A model generated the notes under the pieces. It was given only the letters and a program-made list of their open reading frames with translations, had not been told where the DNA came from and made no database searches. Positions 21,880 through 32,424 of a stretch of DNA of 64,000 bases are shown one piece after another; positions within the stretch are counted from its first letter, which is position 1; each line of letters opens with the position of its first letter. Position numbers and translations under genes: made by a program. The DNA is taken from positions 3,784,006-3,848,005 of the forward strand of contig OY969427.1 in the NCBI GenBank assembly GCA_963699265.1, written 5' to 3'. This stretch comes from an uncultured Armatimonadetes bacterium. Its GTDB lineage: Bacteria; Armatimonadota; Armatimonadia; Armatimonadales; Capsulimonadaceae.

Positions 21880-24048
21880 ATGGGGTACTGGCTCAGCGAG
21901 CCAAGCATCCTTGATCCAACACGATTTGACACGGCGATGACCGAGCTCGCAGATGCAAGCTACGCGTTCGTTCGGATCATGCTCCGCAACACCAACTTCA
22001 CGCATCGGTCTCCGAAGGTGGTCGTCGCGGTCGCGCATGCTGTTGACGCTGGCCACGCTCGCGGACTGCGCATCGCGCTGGATTGCGAGCCGCACGCACG
22101 GCCTCTCGCCGGAGATTTAGGAAGGCAGTTTCCCGACGCGATGTCTACGCGGCTTGTGCGGGGATCGGGCAAGATCATCAATGGCAAGTTCAAAATTGTG
22201 GTTTTTGCGCCTCACGTTGACGCGCACATGGCCGCGTGGGAAGGCATTGAGGCGGCGTTTGTCATGACGGACGGCGGCATAGTGCCTATTGATGGCCTAG
22301 CCGTAAATCTGGACTGGGAGATAGAGACGTATCGGGAAGGCGACACGCGTCTTAGGCAGGATTATGTCGAGGGAAAGGCCGTCTCGGAACGGCGAAAATG
22401 CCGTCTCACCGGAAGCGTTCCTGGGCATGCCGACGGAGAGTTGATCCTGTATGCCCGGTTTGCCGATACGGCTCTGATCGATTTTTGGGCACCGGGAACC
22501 CGCGAATATTTCGACGATCTGATCGAGCGCTATCGAGGCATTCCGCTAGACGGCATGGGCTGGGATGAGCCGGCAATCGGCGGATCATGGGAATCCTACC
22601 GATATGGCAAGTGGTTTGCGCAAGCGTTTTCTGAGCGAAACGGCTACGCTCTGGCGGATCGCTTGTATCTGCTGGATTCAGCTGAAATGACGCCCGAAGC
22701 TGTAAAAGTGCGGCTCGACTACTATGCGACCCTCAACGAGGGTGTCGCGCAGGCGCAGGAAGCGCTTGTCGCAAAGTCGCGCGAAGTATTTGGTGCGAAT
22801 TTGCTGCTTGGAACGCATCATACTTGGCAAGGCGAAGGCGGCATCAACGACTACCGCGCAGGTGCAGTGGATTATTTCCGCCTAGCCGATTCTCAGGACG
22901 CCGGTTATACCGATTGCTGGTGGTGGGACGAAAAGTCGGTCTGCTACGCCTATGTGCTTGGTTCGTCCATTGGCCGGCTGACTGCGAGCGGTGAAACAGA
23001 ACTCAACACCTGGCATGCGAAACCGACCAACTCCCAGGTCGAGTTCAACGCACGGCTCATGTCGCTTTTCGATCTGACCTGGTTCAATATCTGGTACGGC
23101 GACAATGGCGATACGTGCCTCTACCCTCACCATTACACTTGGGACGCGACCAAAGTGGCGATGCGCGCCCACGATGCTGTCCAGGAGAAACTGTACGGAT
23201 TTCGGCCCGTTGTCGATGTCGCAGTCTGGCACGGTTGGGAGGGGGTCTGTGGGTTGAACGATCCTCACATGGCGAACGCACATAAGACGTGCGAGATGAA
23301 TCTTGCTACACTGTCCATTGACCGCAGCGCGCCGTTTGACTTTATCGACAGCCGACTAATTGAATCGGCGCAAATCGTAAGCGACACGCACGTCACGGGT
23401 CTTGGCCGCTATCGCGCGCTGGTGATGCCATATGCTGTTGTGATCCTTGAATCAGTTTGGCAAATGTGCAAGAAGCTGGCTTCGGCGGGCGGTCATATTG
23501 TGTTCGTGGGGCCACCGCCCAGTTTGACAGTTGAGGGAAGAGACATCGCAGGCGAGTTCGCAGAGCTTGTCGGCTTGAGTGAGCCGCTCGGATATTCTGA
23601 TTATAAGGTTGCGCTCGACGCGAGGTATACCCTCCCGAACCACCGGGCGGATTTCCTTGACTGCACCATTTCGCTAGAAGCCTACACGACCAGCCCGATG
23701 GTTTCGATTGAGGGAGAGCCACACGGCGTAAGTGCGTCGGATGGCCGAGTGGTCTATTTGACTGATGTCGATCCGCGGGAAACACTCCTCAACCTGATTT
23801 CGGAATGGATTCAGCCCGACATTGCATGTTTTTCGGACAGCGTCATGTGGCGGCTATTTGAAGGCACTCGTGGGAAGGTCTTGGTTGTGATTGCGCGCGA
23901 GAGGCGGCAGATCGATGCGGTCTTTCGTATCAACGACAAGTATGTCCGCCTATCAGGTGGGACCACGGCGCTGGTAAACATAAGCGACGGTCAAATGACC
24001 GTTGCGGACGTGGGCGTTGTGTGCGAAGAAATTGGAAGGTCAACATGA
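21880..24048 (+). CDS. hypothetical protein (about 722 aa), possibly glycosidase-related
   Basis: Track ORF 21643..24048. The upstream 79 codons are Arg-rich junk that overlaps the previous gene, so I prefer the ATG at 21880 (MGYWLSEPSILD). Its stop overlaps the next start as ATGA. Confidence 0.6.
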   Translation: MGYWLSEPSILDPTRFDTAMTELADASYAFVRIMLRNTNFTHRSPKVVVAVAHAVDAGHARGLRIALDCEPHARPLAGDLGRQFPDAMSTRLVRGSGKIINGKFKIVVFAPHVDAHMAAWEGIEAAFVMTDGGIVPIDGLAVNLDWEIETYREGDTRLRQDYVEGKAVSERRKCRLTGSVPGHADGELILYARFADTALIDFWAPGTREYFDDLIERYRGIPLDGMGWDEPAIGGSWESYRYGKWFAQAFSERNGYALADRLYLLDSAEMTPEAVKVRLDYYATLNEGVAQAQEALVAKSREVFGANLLLGTHHTWQGEGGINDYRAGAVDYFRLADSQDAGYTDCWWWDEKSVCYAYVLGSSIGRLTASGETELNTWHAKPTNSQVEFNARLMSLFDLTWFNIWYGDNGDTCLYPHHYTWDATKVAMRAHDAVQEKLYGFRPVVDVAVWHGWEGVCGLNDPHMANAHKTCEMNLATLSIDRSAPFDFIDSRLIESAQIVSDTHVTGLGRYRALVMPYAVVILESVWQMCKKLASAGGHIVFVGPPPSLTVEGRDIAGEFAELVGLSEPLGYSDYKVALDARYTLPNHRADFLDCTISLEAYTTSPMVSIEGEPHGVSASDGRVVYLTDVDPRETLLNLISEWIQPDIACFSDSVMWRLFEGTRGKVLVVIARERRQIDAVFRINDKYVRLSGGTTALVNISDGQMTVADVGVVCEEIGRST

Positions 24049-26030
24049 ACGCTAAATTCCTGGTATTTGCCTTCTGCGTGTGCGCGACTGCATACGCCTC
24101 CGGCTGTCGTGCGGACAACACTTCGCTGCCCTTTGTTTCACCGCTGTTCACAGACAACATGGTCTTGCAGCGCGGCACGCCGGACCGCGTTTGGGGCTGG
24201 TCCGCGCCCGGAAGCAAAATTGTGGTGACAGTCGCCGGCAAGTCCGCGAAGACTACAGCGAATTCTGGTGGTGAATGGCTTGCGGTACTTCCGCTGCTGC
24301 CGGTCGGCGGCCCGTACGAATTGACTGTAACTGGCCCGCAGTCGGAAACATTCAAGAACGTGCTCGTCGGCGATGTCTGGCTCTGCTCCGGCCAGTCGAA
24401 CATGGAGTTTGGGATCGGAAACACGAAGAATGCACAGGCCGAAATCGCCAACGCCGACCATCCGCAAATACGTCTATTCATGGTCGGGCATTCGATTGCG
24501 GTCACACCGCAGAAGGTTGCGTCTGGACAGTGGGTGACATGCGCGCCGGAAACAGTGGTTCAGGGTGGTTGGAGCGGATTCAGCGCCGTCGGTTATTTCT
24601 TTGGACGCGAGCTCAACCAGAAACTGAATGTTCCGATCGGCTTGATCGAGTCAAACTGGGGTGGAACACCTGCCGAATCCTGGACGAGCGAACAGGCCCT
24701 CAAAACAATGCCGGATTTTGCTCCGCAGCTTGCCGGTCTCGATAAGACCGAAGTGCCTGGCTACGACTTCACGCCAATCATGGACAGTTGGAACAGGCAA
24801 AACGACCCTGGAATCGTGGCCGCGCCAAACTGGGCTGATCTGGCATATACAGATTCGGACTGGAAGTCGATGCCTCTGCCGCAATATTGGGGTGGGGCTG
24901 ATTCGCCCAATCTGGCGAACTTTCTTGGTCTAGTTTGGTATCGCAAAGAAGTGGATTTGCCCGCTGACGTGGCGGGGAAATCTGCGGTTCTGCACTTAGG
25001 ACCAGTCGATGATAACGACACGACCTTCGTGAACGGCGTTCAAGTTGGCGCGACCATAGGTTGGCAAGCGCCCCGCGAATATCCGGTTCCGGCAAATTTG
25101 CTGGTCGCCGGTCGAAGCGTCATTGCCGTCCGCGTTTTCAACGTAGCTGGAGGCGGCGGCATCTATGGCAAGCAGGAAGACATGCACATGGACGTTTCGG
25201 GTACTAGCCCGATTTCGCTTGCGGGTGCATGGAAGTACAAAATCAGCGTGTCTCTCGCGCAAGCAACACCTTATCCTGAGGACTACACACGCAGCGCAAC
25301 CAACCCGGCTGTTCTGTACAACGGCATGATCAATCCGCTTACGCCGTTCAACATAAAGGGGGCGATCTGGTATCAAGGCGAAGCGAACTCTGGCCGAGCG
25401 GAGCAGTACCGCAAGCTGCTTCCCCTGATGATTGGAGATTGGCGATCCCGTTGGAACGAGGGCGACTTTCCGTTCTACATCGTGCAGCTGGCCGGGCATC
25501 GACCGGTCGAGTTTCCCGATCTGCGCGAGGCGCAGTGGGAGACAGCGCAGACCGTGCCTAATAGCGGCATTGCCACGGCTATTGATATCGGCGACCTCAA
25601 CAATGTTCATCCCACCGACAAGCAGGATGTAGGTCACCGCCTCGCCCTAGTCGCGCTCGCCAAGACTTACGGCGAGGATATCGAGTATTCCGGGCCGGTC
25701 TACCAATCAATGAAGATCGATGGAAATTCGATCCGATTATCGTTTTCGCACATCGCCGGTGGACTGGTCGCAAAAGATAATCTGCCGTTAAAGGCGTTCG
25801 AAATAGCAGGGGCTGACGGCCAATTTGTACCGGCTGAGGCAAAGATCGACGGCGAAGCTGTTGTTGTCTCAACCGATGCCGTGCCACATCCTCTTGCAGT
25901 GCGCTACGATTGGGCTGGGTTTCCTGCCAGCAGTCTGTACAATAAGGCTGGTCTGCCCTGTTTCCCGTTTCGGACCGATTTACCAGGCAACGCGTCGCAC
26001 TTGGCTCCGCTGGCCGTGTCTGCACATTGA
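24045..26030 (+). CDS. SASA-family (sialate O-acetylesterase-like) carbohydrate esterase, probable lipoprotein
   Basis: The motif GDVWLCSGQSNMEF is typical of the SGNH-type SASA domain. The N-terminus MNAKFLVFAFCVCATAYASGC carries a lipobox-like ASGC. The start at 24045 is ATGA-coupled to the upstream gene. Confidence 0.8.
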   Translation: MNAKFLVFAFCVCATAYASGCRADNTSLPFVSPLFTDNMVLQRGTPDRVWGWSAPGSKIVVTVAGKSAKTTANSGGEWLAVLPLLPVGGPYELTVTGPQSETFKNVLVGDVWLCSGQSNMEFGIGNTKNAQAEIANADHPQIRLFMVGHSIAVTPQKVASGQWVTCAPETVVQGGWSGFSAVGYFFGRELNQKLNVPIGLIESNWGGTPAESWTSEQALKTMPDFAPQLAGLDKTEVPGYDFTPIMDSWNRQNDPGIVAAPNWADLAYTDSDWKSMPLPQYWGGADSPNLANFLGLVWYRKEVDLPADVAGKSAVLHLGPVDDNDTTFVNGVQVGATIGWQAPREYPVPANLLVAGRSVIAVRVFNVAGGGGIYGKQEDMHMDVSGTSPISLAGAWKYKISVSLAQATPYPEDYTRSATNPAVLYNGMINPLTPFNIKGAIWYQGEANSGRAEQYRKLLPLMIGDWRSRWNEGDFPFYIVQLAGHRPVEFPDLREAQWETAQTVPNSGIATAIDIGDLNNVHPTDKQDVGHRLALVALAKTYGEDIEYSGPVYQSMKIDGNSIRLSFSHIAGGLVAKDNLPLKAFEIAGADGQFVPAEAKIDGEAVVVSTDAVPHPLAVRYDWAGFPASSLYNKAGLPCFPFRTDLPGNASHLAPLAVSAH

Positions 26031-26099
26031 ATTTGCGCTTGTCAGTAATGTACACTTGTCCTGGTCTGTGCAATCATATTCGACAAAGGAAAGATCAAG

Positions 26100-27353
26100 A
26101 TGTTGACCAAAAAACACCTATTGAATCGCGATCCAGTATATCGCAATCTTCAGACCGAACTGCGTCGTCGAATCCATCAGGGCGACTGGACCAAGGGCGC
26201 GATGATACCCAGTCGCCGCGCACTTGCCGACGAGTTTCAAGTTTCGGTTCCTACGGTGCAAAAGGCCGTCGCGGATATGGTGTCCGAGGGCATTCTGCGT
26301 GTCAATGCAAAGCGCGGTACCTATGTCTTTGGTGATCCAGAGCCTGAAATCACCGACGAACCGGCTGCCTTGCGCGGGACTAGACATGGGGCTCATGGCA
26401 GTAGTGTTTCAGAGCCTGCCACTGGCCATGTCGCGCTGGTTGCAGACATCCGACCCGGTTCCACTGCGGATATTGCCAATCCATGGCCGTATATCACGGT
26501 GCACGAGGCCGAACATACATTATCTCAACTGGGTGTGGAATCGAGATTTTACAATCGATTTGCAATGCAACGGCGCACGCAACATGCTACTAGCGATTTG
26601 ATAGAAGAAGACGCAGAGTCTTGTTGACGGCTCGTGCATGGTGTCATCCGCGAGAATCCAGGCGTCGTCGTGATCCACGAAAGCGCACTATTAGCCAACG
26701 CGACAGAGCTGATTGAAATGTTTCGTGAATCGAAAGGCGATCTGATTGTCGTCGGCTCAAAAAGCTTTGGGCCAGGTTGCATAATGATCATGTATGACAA
26801 CAAGCAGGCTGCATACCAAGCGACAACTCACCTGCTTAGTGCAGGCTGCAGGCACATACTGTTCTTTGCGCCCTACCACGCAGACTGGGTTCAAACGCGA
26901 CTGGAGGGTGTGCGACTCGCAGTCGCCCATTCGAACGTGCCCGGAGTCGCGTTGACGGAACGTGTCGGAAAAGGCGATGTTGATGTTGTCGTGGCATTAG
27001 TGCACGACGAGCATCCGCATGTGCCGACGGCGTATCAGTTTGCGCGCAAGGTCTTAAACGGAAATGCCGTCATTGACGGCGTTGTTGCGGTCAACGACGA
27101 GGATGCGCTGGGCTTTATGACGGCTGCGGAGGAACTAGGAATGAAGCCAGGTGTTGACTATCGGATCATCGGCTTCGACGACGGCCCCGAATCCCAGTCA
27201 ATGGGCCTGTCTACGATGCATACGCCTTGCGCCGCAATGGGCCGCGAGGCAGCTCGAGTCGCAGCAGCAGCGATGCTCGGACAGCACGAAATTTCTTCAG
27301 TTGTCCTCAAATCGCGGCTGGTCGTGCGGGCGTCCAGCATGCCAAAGTCCTGA
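26100..27353 (+). pseudogene. AraR-like GntR/LacI-fold regulator, copy 2, interrupted by an in-frame TGA at 26625..26627
   Basis: ORFs 26100..26627 and 26634..27353 are in the same frame (both start coordinates are divisible by 3). Together they align with the 414-aa regulator at 4845..6089. The stop falls inside the sensor domain. Confidence 0.7.
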
Positions 27354-27566
27354 GGGACTCAAGTCACTCTTGCCAAGACTCGCCCGAACCTCACGCACTT
27401 CTAACCGCCTCCAAGGCCGTGCATCAGCCTCTACTTAGGGTGCGGTAATCACCTGGTTTCGCACCGCCCATCCCTCGCGCACGCGCCTGCCAAGAACTCT
27501 CACAATCCTAAATCTTACTCGCCGTTTGGTTTGTCTTAAGCCGAAGAATGCCAGATATTAAACGTC

Positions 27567-27619
27567 TTGACTTGCACACCGAAACGTGCTATCATGCTTA
27601 TGGTAAACGTGGTTGCACA
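27567..27619 (+). promoter_or_regulatory. sigma70 promoter with two TTGCACA boxes
   Basis: TTGACT (27567-27572), 17-nt spacer, TATCAT (27590-27595). TTGCACA boxes lie at 27572-27578 (in the spacer) and 27613-27619. Confidence 0.55.
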
Positions 27620-27906
27620 CTGAGTATAATACTAGCCGTGCCGCCATAAAGCTCTGCTAGACCGAACAGGGAAACCCGTGGTTGGCCGCGTCCACTTTCT
27701 GTGCTGGGCCGGATGACATCTCGCAATTATAAACACCTCATCTACACCGCACGTCTGGTCGTGTTAGTTATGGTCGCTATCCAAGCGGCAAGAATCAATG
27801 CCGCTTGTCGGCGGCGATCGGCGCACCAGACGCGGCTGGCTTTTGGCCTATTCGATCGTTCACATCAAGCTCGGCAACCGCCTTGACTTGATTGTGTCAG
27901 GCAAAA

Positions 27907-30900
27907 ATGGAGAAAGAGAGAATCCCAATCATGTCCGTGAAGACGTGGCAACCACAAACCATCCTTTCAATCGCGTGTGTCGCCGCATTGATTCTATTCG
28001 CTTTGGCCCCAGCCTTCGCTGTACCCGTCGTGCTCAATCATACCGAGACGGCGCAGCCCGGCGACGTCGTCTACTTCGAGGGCACTTGGGGCAGTACGAT
28101 CCAGGTCGCATACGAGTTTATCGATACGAATGGCGCAGAAAGTGAAGCTAACGCCACGCACCTGACACCCATCTGCACCAATTCCAACAACGCACACAAC
28201 ACAGGCAGCTATGTCTCGGTGCGAATTCCCTACAGCGCAAGGATCGGGCTGTGGGCGGTTTGGCTTAACGATGGCACGGGTTGGACCACCGTCCCTCAGG
28301 CCTACATCAACCAGGCGCACGGCACGCATTGCGAATTCTCCGAAATCGCTCCAAACTTCCCGTTCTACGTATTCGGGCGCAACATGATCCTGGCTAAATA
28401 TAGCCCGGCCGTGACGTTTGTGGATACGAAAACCAACAAGTCCTATGTCGGCACGGTCTATCCCGTCAACAGCACTAGCTACTACATGCAGGTTTCCGCT
28501 CCCAGCACCGTTGCCGTGGGCGATCCTTACACGGTAAAGGTAAGTAGCGGATCTGGTGGAAAGCTTGGTGCAAGCGTCGTTGAAGAGGGCACGACGGTTC
28601 AATGGGCCAGTGCACCAGACCCTGTCACGACGATCGCAGGCACGCCGGTGCCGTGGAACCTGAACGTTCCATGGCAAGCTGACTACCTTAAGTTTTGCAA
28701 CAACGTCATCAACGCATCGCTGGCCCCGTATTCCGTAACTGCGGGTGGCTTCACGACCGAGGCGGCTGCACAAGCAAATGCTGGTAATTTGCAGAATGCG
28801 ATGAACGCTGCCTCAACCGCTGGCGGCGGGGTGGTGTATTTGCCTGCTGGCAACTATGCGTTCGATTATAATGCTCAGCCAAACTGGCATCATGAACTGG
28901 CCAGGCAACGTCGTTCTGATGGGCGCAGGTCCGATCAGCACGATTTTATCCTACGGGTACAGCACGCCGCCGACGAATTCGGAGAACTGTCTGTTCCGCA
29001 AGTCGGGTACGTCCACAACCGGATTCCTTGACCTCGGCCTCAGCAATGTCGGCTCATCGTATGGGGAGCGTCCCGAGACGGGTTGGGGCAGCGAGTTCTT
29101 TATCGAGAACTGCGACCTCGAAATGGGCACCGCGCCTTCGTTCGATAATGACGGTCCGCAGTTCCTGCTTCTTCAGGACAGCACTAACAATGAGACAGGC
29201 AACAACACGGGCCAAATGAACTTCCATGGCGAGGCGGGCGTGATCTTCAACCACAACGCGATTAACTACAACTGCGCACGTACGTGGGCTGGTCCCGGCG
29301 GAGGGACGTCCGACGACCTGTTCATGAACAACACGATCACGCGCACCTGTTCCATATCATCGTACAACCAGTCGCCCGCTGGCGCGTTCGACATATTCGG
29401 CAACCGGATTGTGTTTCTGAACAACACGTTCCAGGTCGGCGCTGGCAATGCGCCTAACACCAACGCAAATGATGGCGAGCAGATCCTATGCGAATACCAG
29501 GGCGGGAGCTACCAAGATTGCGGTTCGCTTAGTTCTTCGACCTCCACGACCTTGACCGACGCGACGAAATCCTGGCCAGCTAACGGTTTGGAGGAAGGCG
29601 GCACGGGAGAAATCGCTCTTGCGAACGCGACGGCCGTGCAGATTGTGAGCGGGCCAGAGACGGGCGAGTGGGAGTACATTGCTTCCAACACGGCTACTAC
29701 CCTTACTACCGTTCAGCCCTGGCCCGTCCCCCCTGCCGCAGGCAGCCAGTATGAAGTAGAGGGCTGGACCGCGACAGAGTGGCTAGTCGACGGCAATACG
29801 TTGACCAACAATGTCCGAGGCATTATTTTCAACGGCAATTCGGCAAATAATGTGATCGTCAACAACACATTGACAAACGACGACGGCATAACATTGGTTT
29901 GCACGCAGGGTGCTTTGGGTTACGGTGCCGGCGGGGGCGGAGATAACCTCACCGCGCCGCAGGTGATTGAGATGCAGTGGGATGAGCAGGTCTACAACAA
30001 CACTCTTTCCGACGTTGTAAATCCTCAGCAGTACATTCCCATCACTCTGAGCTCTAGATTCGATATCGAAAACGACAATGCGACCGTTTTAGGCACCGGC
30101 ATCCTTGGATACGAATGCCGGCACAACTCCATGACAGCGGACATTCCCAACTGCGGCATGGACGAAATTTTGCCGGACGCGGACGTTCCTGGCCAGCACA
30201 CGTTCCCGGCTGAAAATTATCTCAACTGCACGACGCAGGAGTTCGATCCGACGCCTGGCTCCGACTTCGGCTGGTTTGTCTTCCCGCGGCCATCGGTGTA
30301 TGACAGCCAGAATTGTGCTGTATTAGGATCGATCATGCAGGACAACACTTCCGTAAACCAAACCGGGACATACGACACGCAGAACTGGATGGGAACGCCA
30401 GTGACATGCACAGGCAGCGCGTACTGGCTCAGCGCCGGAGTGTACGACACGACGATCGCCGACCCGATCTTCGAGAATGTCGGCGCGCCGGTGTATGACA
30501 CCAACGGCTTCAACTACAATTCCGTGACAGCCGAGGGCAGTGCCATAGATTACCAAGCCGAATATGGAACATTGACAGGAGCAGCCGCAGTACTTACCGA
30601 CACGTATGCCTCAGGAGGCGAATATGTCGGCGACTTCACCGCCGCTGGCGCTTCGGTAGCGCTTGCTGGTCTCGACGGCGAAACGGGCGGAACGCACACG
30701 TTAACCATTACATATGCGGCCAACAGCGCCTCGTCGCTGCATATGTCGGTCAATGGGGCAACACCTGTGCTGGTCAGCTTCCCCTCGACCGGCGCGCTGC
30801 ACGGTAAAACCGCTTGGAGTACGGTGACGCAATCCTTTGCGCTCAACGCGAACACGCTCAATACGATCGCTTTCGCCCGCCAAACGGGCGACAAGAATGT

Positions 30901-30928
30901 GAGCATCGATAAGATTACGATCAGCTGA
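27907..30928 (+). pseudogene. secreted right-handed beta-helix (pectate-lyase-superfamily-like) protein with C-terminal CBM6/CBM35-like module, split by a +1 frameshift near 28882 (or assembly indel)
   Basis: ORF 27892..29031 ends its meaningful part at GGVVYLPAGNYAFDYNAQP. ORF 28856..30928 continues with GIMNWPGNVVLMGAGPISTIL, which completes the classic Pectate_lyase_3 N-terminal motif. The C-terminus (YQAEYGTLTGAAAV...ASGGEYVG...NTIAF...IDKITIS) is CBM35-like. Confidence 0.7.
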
Positions 30929-30970
30929 CAATGGTGCCGCGCACCACTTAGGTCGCTTAAGCAGGCATAA

Positions 30971-31003
30971 TTGCGCTAGGCCGGAGCTTCCGGTCTAGCG
31001 CAA
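30971..31003 (+). terminator. long GC-rich hairpin after the beta-helix gene
   Basis: TTGCGCTAGGCCGGA / TCCGGTCTAGCGCAA forms a ~15-bp stem with one G-T pair and a 3-nt loop. There is no clear T tract. Confidence 0.5.
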
Positions 31004-31059
31004 ACCAATTCACCTGTCACGAACCGTGACATTGCTGTAGGCTTTAGGGAAGCAGAGCT

Positions 31060-32370
31060 ATGCTAGTCAATCTCGCCGTACCATATCGGTGTGAGCCGTC
31101 ACAGCCTCGTTCTCTAGAAATGGCGTTTTACGCGTGCGCGCAATCCGACTTTCTATTCACGCGAGGTCATGTAGAGATCACCTGCCAGCCGTTGAAGCGG
31201 GCGATGTCTTTGGAGTGGAAACTCTGTCGAAACCTGCTCGTCAAGCCTCTCGCGACCGGCGCATCAAGCTCTCGCGCCGACAATAGCTTCCTAATTGCGT
31301 TGGATATGGAGAACCACGCACCCGGCTTTTTTAACTTGCACGTTGTCGTGAAGCTATCCGAAACCGACGAAATTAAGGGCCACACGACGTTTGGCTGGCG
31401 GGTTATGGATGAGCCGCTTGTGAACAGCATGCCGACCGACTTCGAGGAGTTTTGGAGCATCGCGCTCGACTCGTTACCGGATCCGCAACCTTCCCTGCAA
31501 ATCCAGCATCAGTTCAACCTTGCCGGGGCCGAAATCAATCAATATAATCGCGCCAAAGCTGCTCTTCCGGAAAATTACGATCCAGAAGGCGTCCGCTTCA
31601 ATTCCGTCGAAGTCAGCAAAGTCGATTTCATGTCTTGGAATGGGGCGCGGGTCTACGGATGGTTTGCAAAGCCTGTTGGTCCTGGCCCATTTCCCGGTCT
31701 TCTCGTTTTGCCCGGCGCTGGTAACGATCCGAGGCCCGCGCCGGTGGAGCATGCTCGCCATGGGTATGCCGCGCTGGATATCCAAGTTCACGGAAACAAG
31801 GTTGACGACACCAAATACGACGCATTGCCTGAGCCTACCTACACAACACCACAAGACTATCGGCATTACGATGTCTACTTGAACGCAGTTCAAGCGTCCC
31901 GAGTACTTGCCCACCTACCCGGCGTGGATCCCGACCGAATCGCGGTAACTGGCGGCAGCCAGGGCGGCCGATTGTCGGTCGTCGTCGCCGCATTGAACAA
32001 GCAGATTCGGGCTGCTGTACCCGGTATTGCGCATTATGCCTATCGTCCTTGGCTGCAGTGGGTTGAACGGTGCAACAAGCTCGGCGACGCGGGCGCGTCA
32101 CCTTTTCGACAGGACGACTTGATCCAGGACGACCAAGGCCGGATCGAAGCCTATTACGACAGCGCAAATTTCGCGCCGCTTGTCGCCTGTCCTGTCCTCA
32201 TGAATGCTGGCCTTATCGACGACTGTTCCCCTCCGACTGGCGTTTTTGCGATCTATCGACGCCTAAACGTACCAAAAGAGATGGTCGCTCTACCCAATCT
32301 GGCGCACGACTGGTCGCCCTTTTTCGATCGATACGCCTGGCGCTGGCTCACTTCGGTGCTCGGAAAGTAA
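31060..32370 (+). CDS. CE7-like acetyl xylan esterase / alpha-beta hydrolase with N-terminal extension
   Basis: GGSQGG nucleophile motif (TGGSQGGRLS), GWFAKPVGPGPFPGLLVLPG, and a His near the C-terminus (LAHDW). Confidence 0.75.
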   Translation: MLVNLAVPYRCEPSQPRSLEMAFYACAQSDFLFTRGHVEITCQPLKRAMSLEWKLCRNLLVKPLATGASSSRADNSFLIALDMENHAPGFFNLHVVVKLSETDEIKGHTTFGWRVMDEPLVNSMPTDFEEFWSIALDSLPDPQPSLQIQHQFNLAGAEINQYNRAKAALPENYDPEGVRFNSVEVSKVDFMSWNGARVYGWFAKPVGPGPFPGLLVLPGAGNDPRPAPVEHARHGYAALDIQVHGNKVDDTKYDALPEPTYTTPQDYRHYDVYLNAVQASRVLAHLPGVDPDRIAVTGGSQGGRLSVVVAALNKQIRAAVPGIAHYAYRPWLQWVERCNKLGDAGASPFRQDDLIQDDQGRIEAYYDSANFAPLVACPVLMNAGLIDDCSPPTGVFAIYRRLNVPKEMVALPNLAHDWSPFFDRYAWRWLTSVLGK

Positions 32371-32424
32371 CGTTACTGTGTCGAACGGCAACGGCGTGCA
32401 GAGGGTTGAAAAGAGAGTCCAACG

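Noticed and set aside
27613-27629. TTGCAC...TATAAT as a second promoter in the beta-helix gene leader
   Set aside because: Only 6 nt separate the -35-like and -10-like hexamers. I interpret TTGCACA as an operator box instead.
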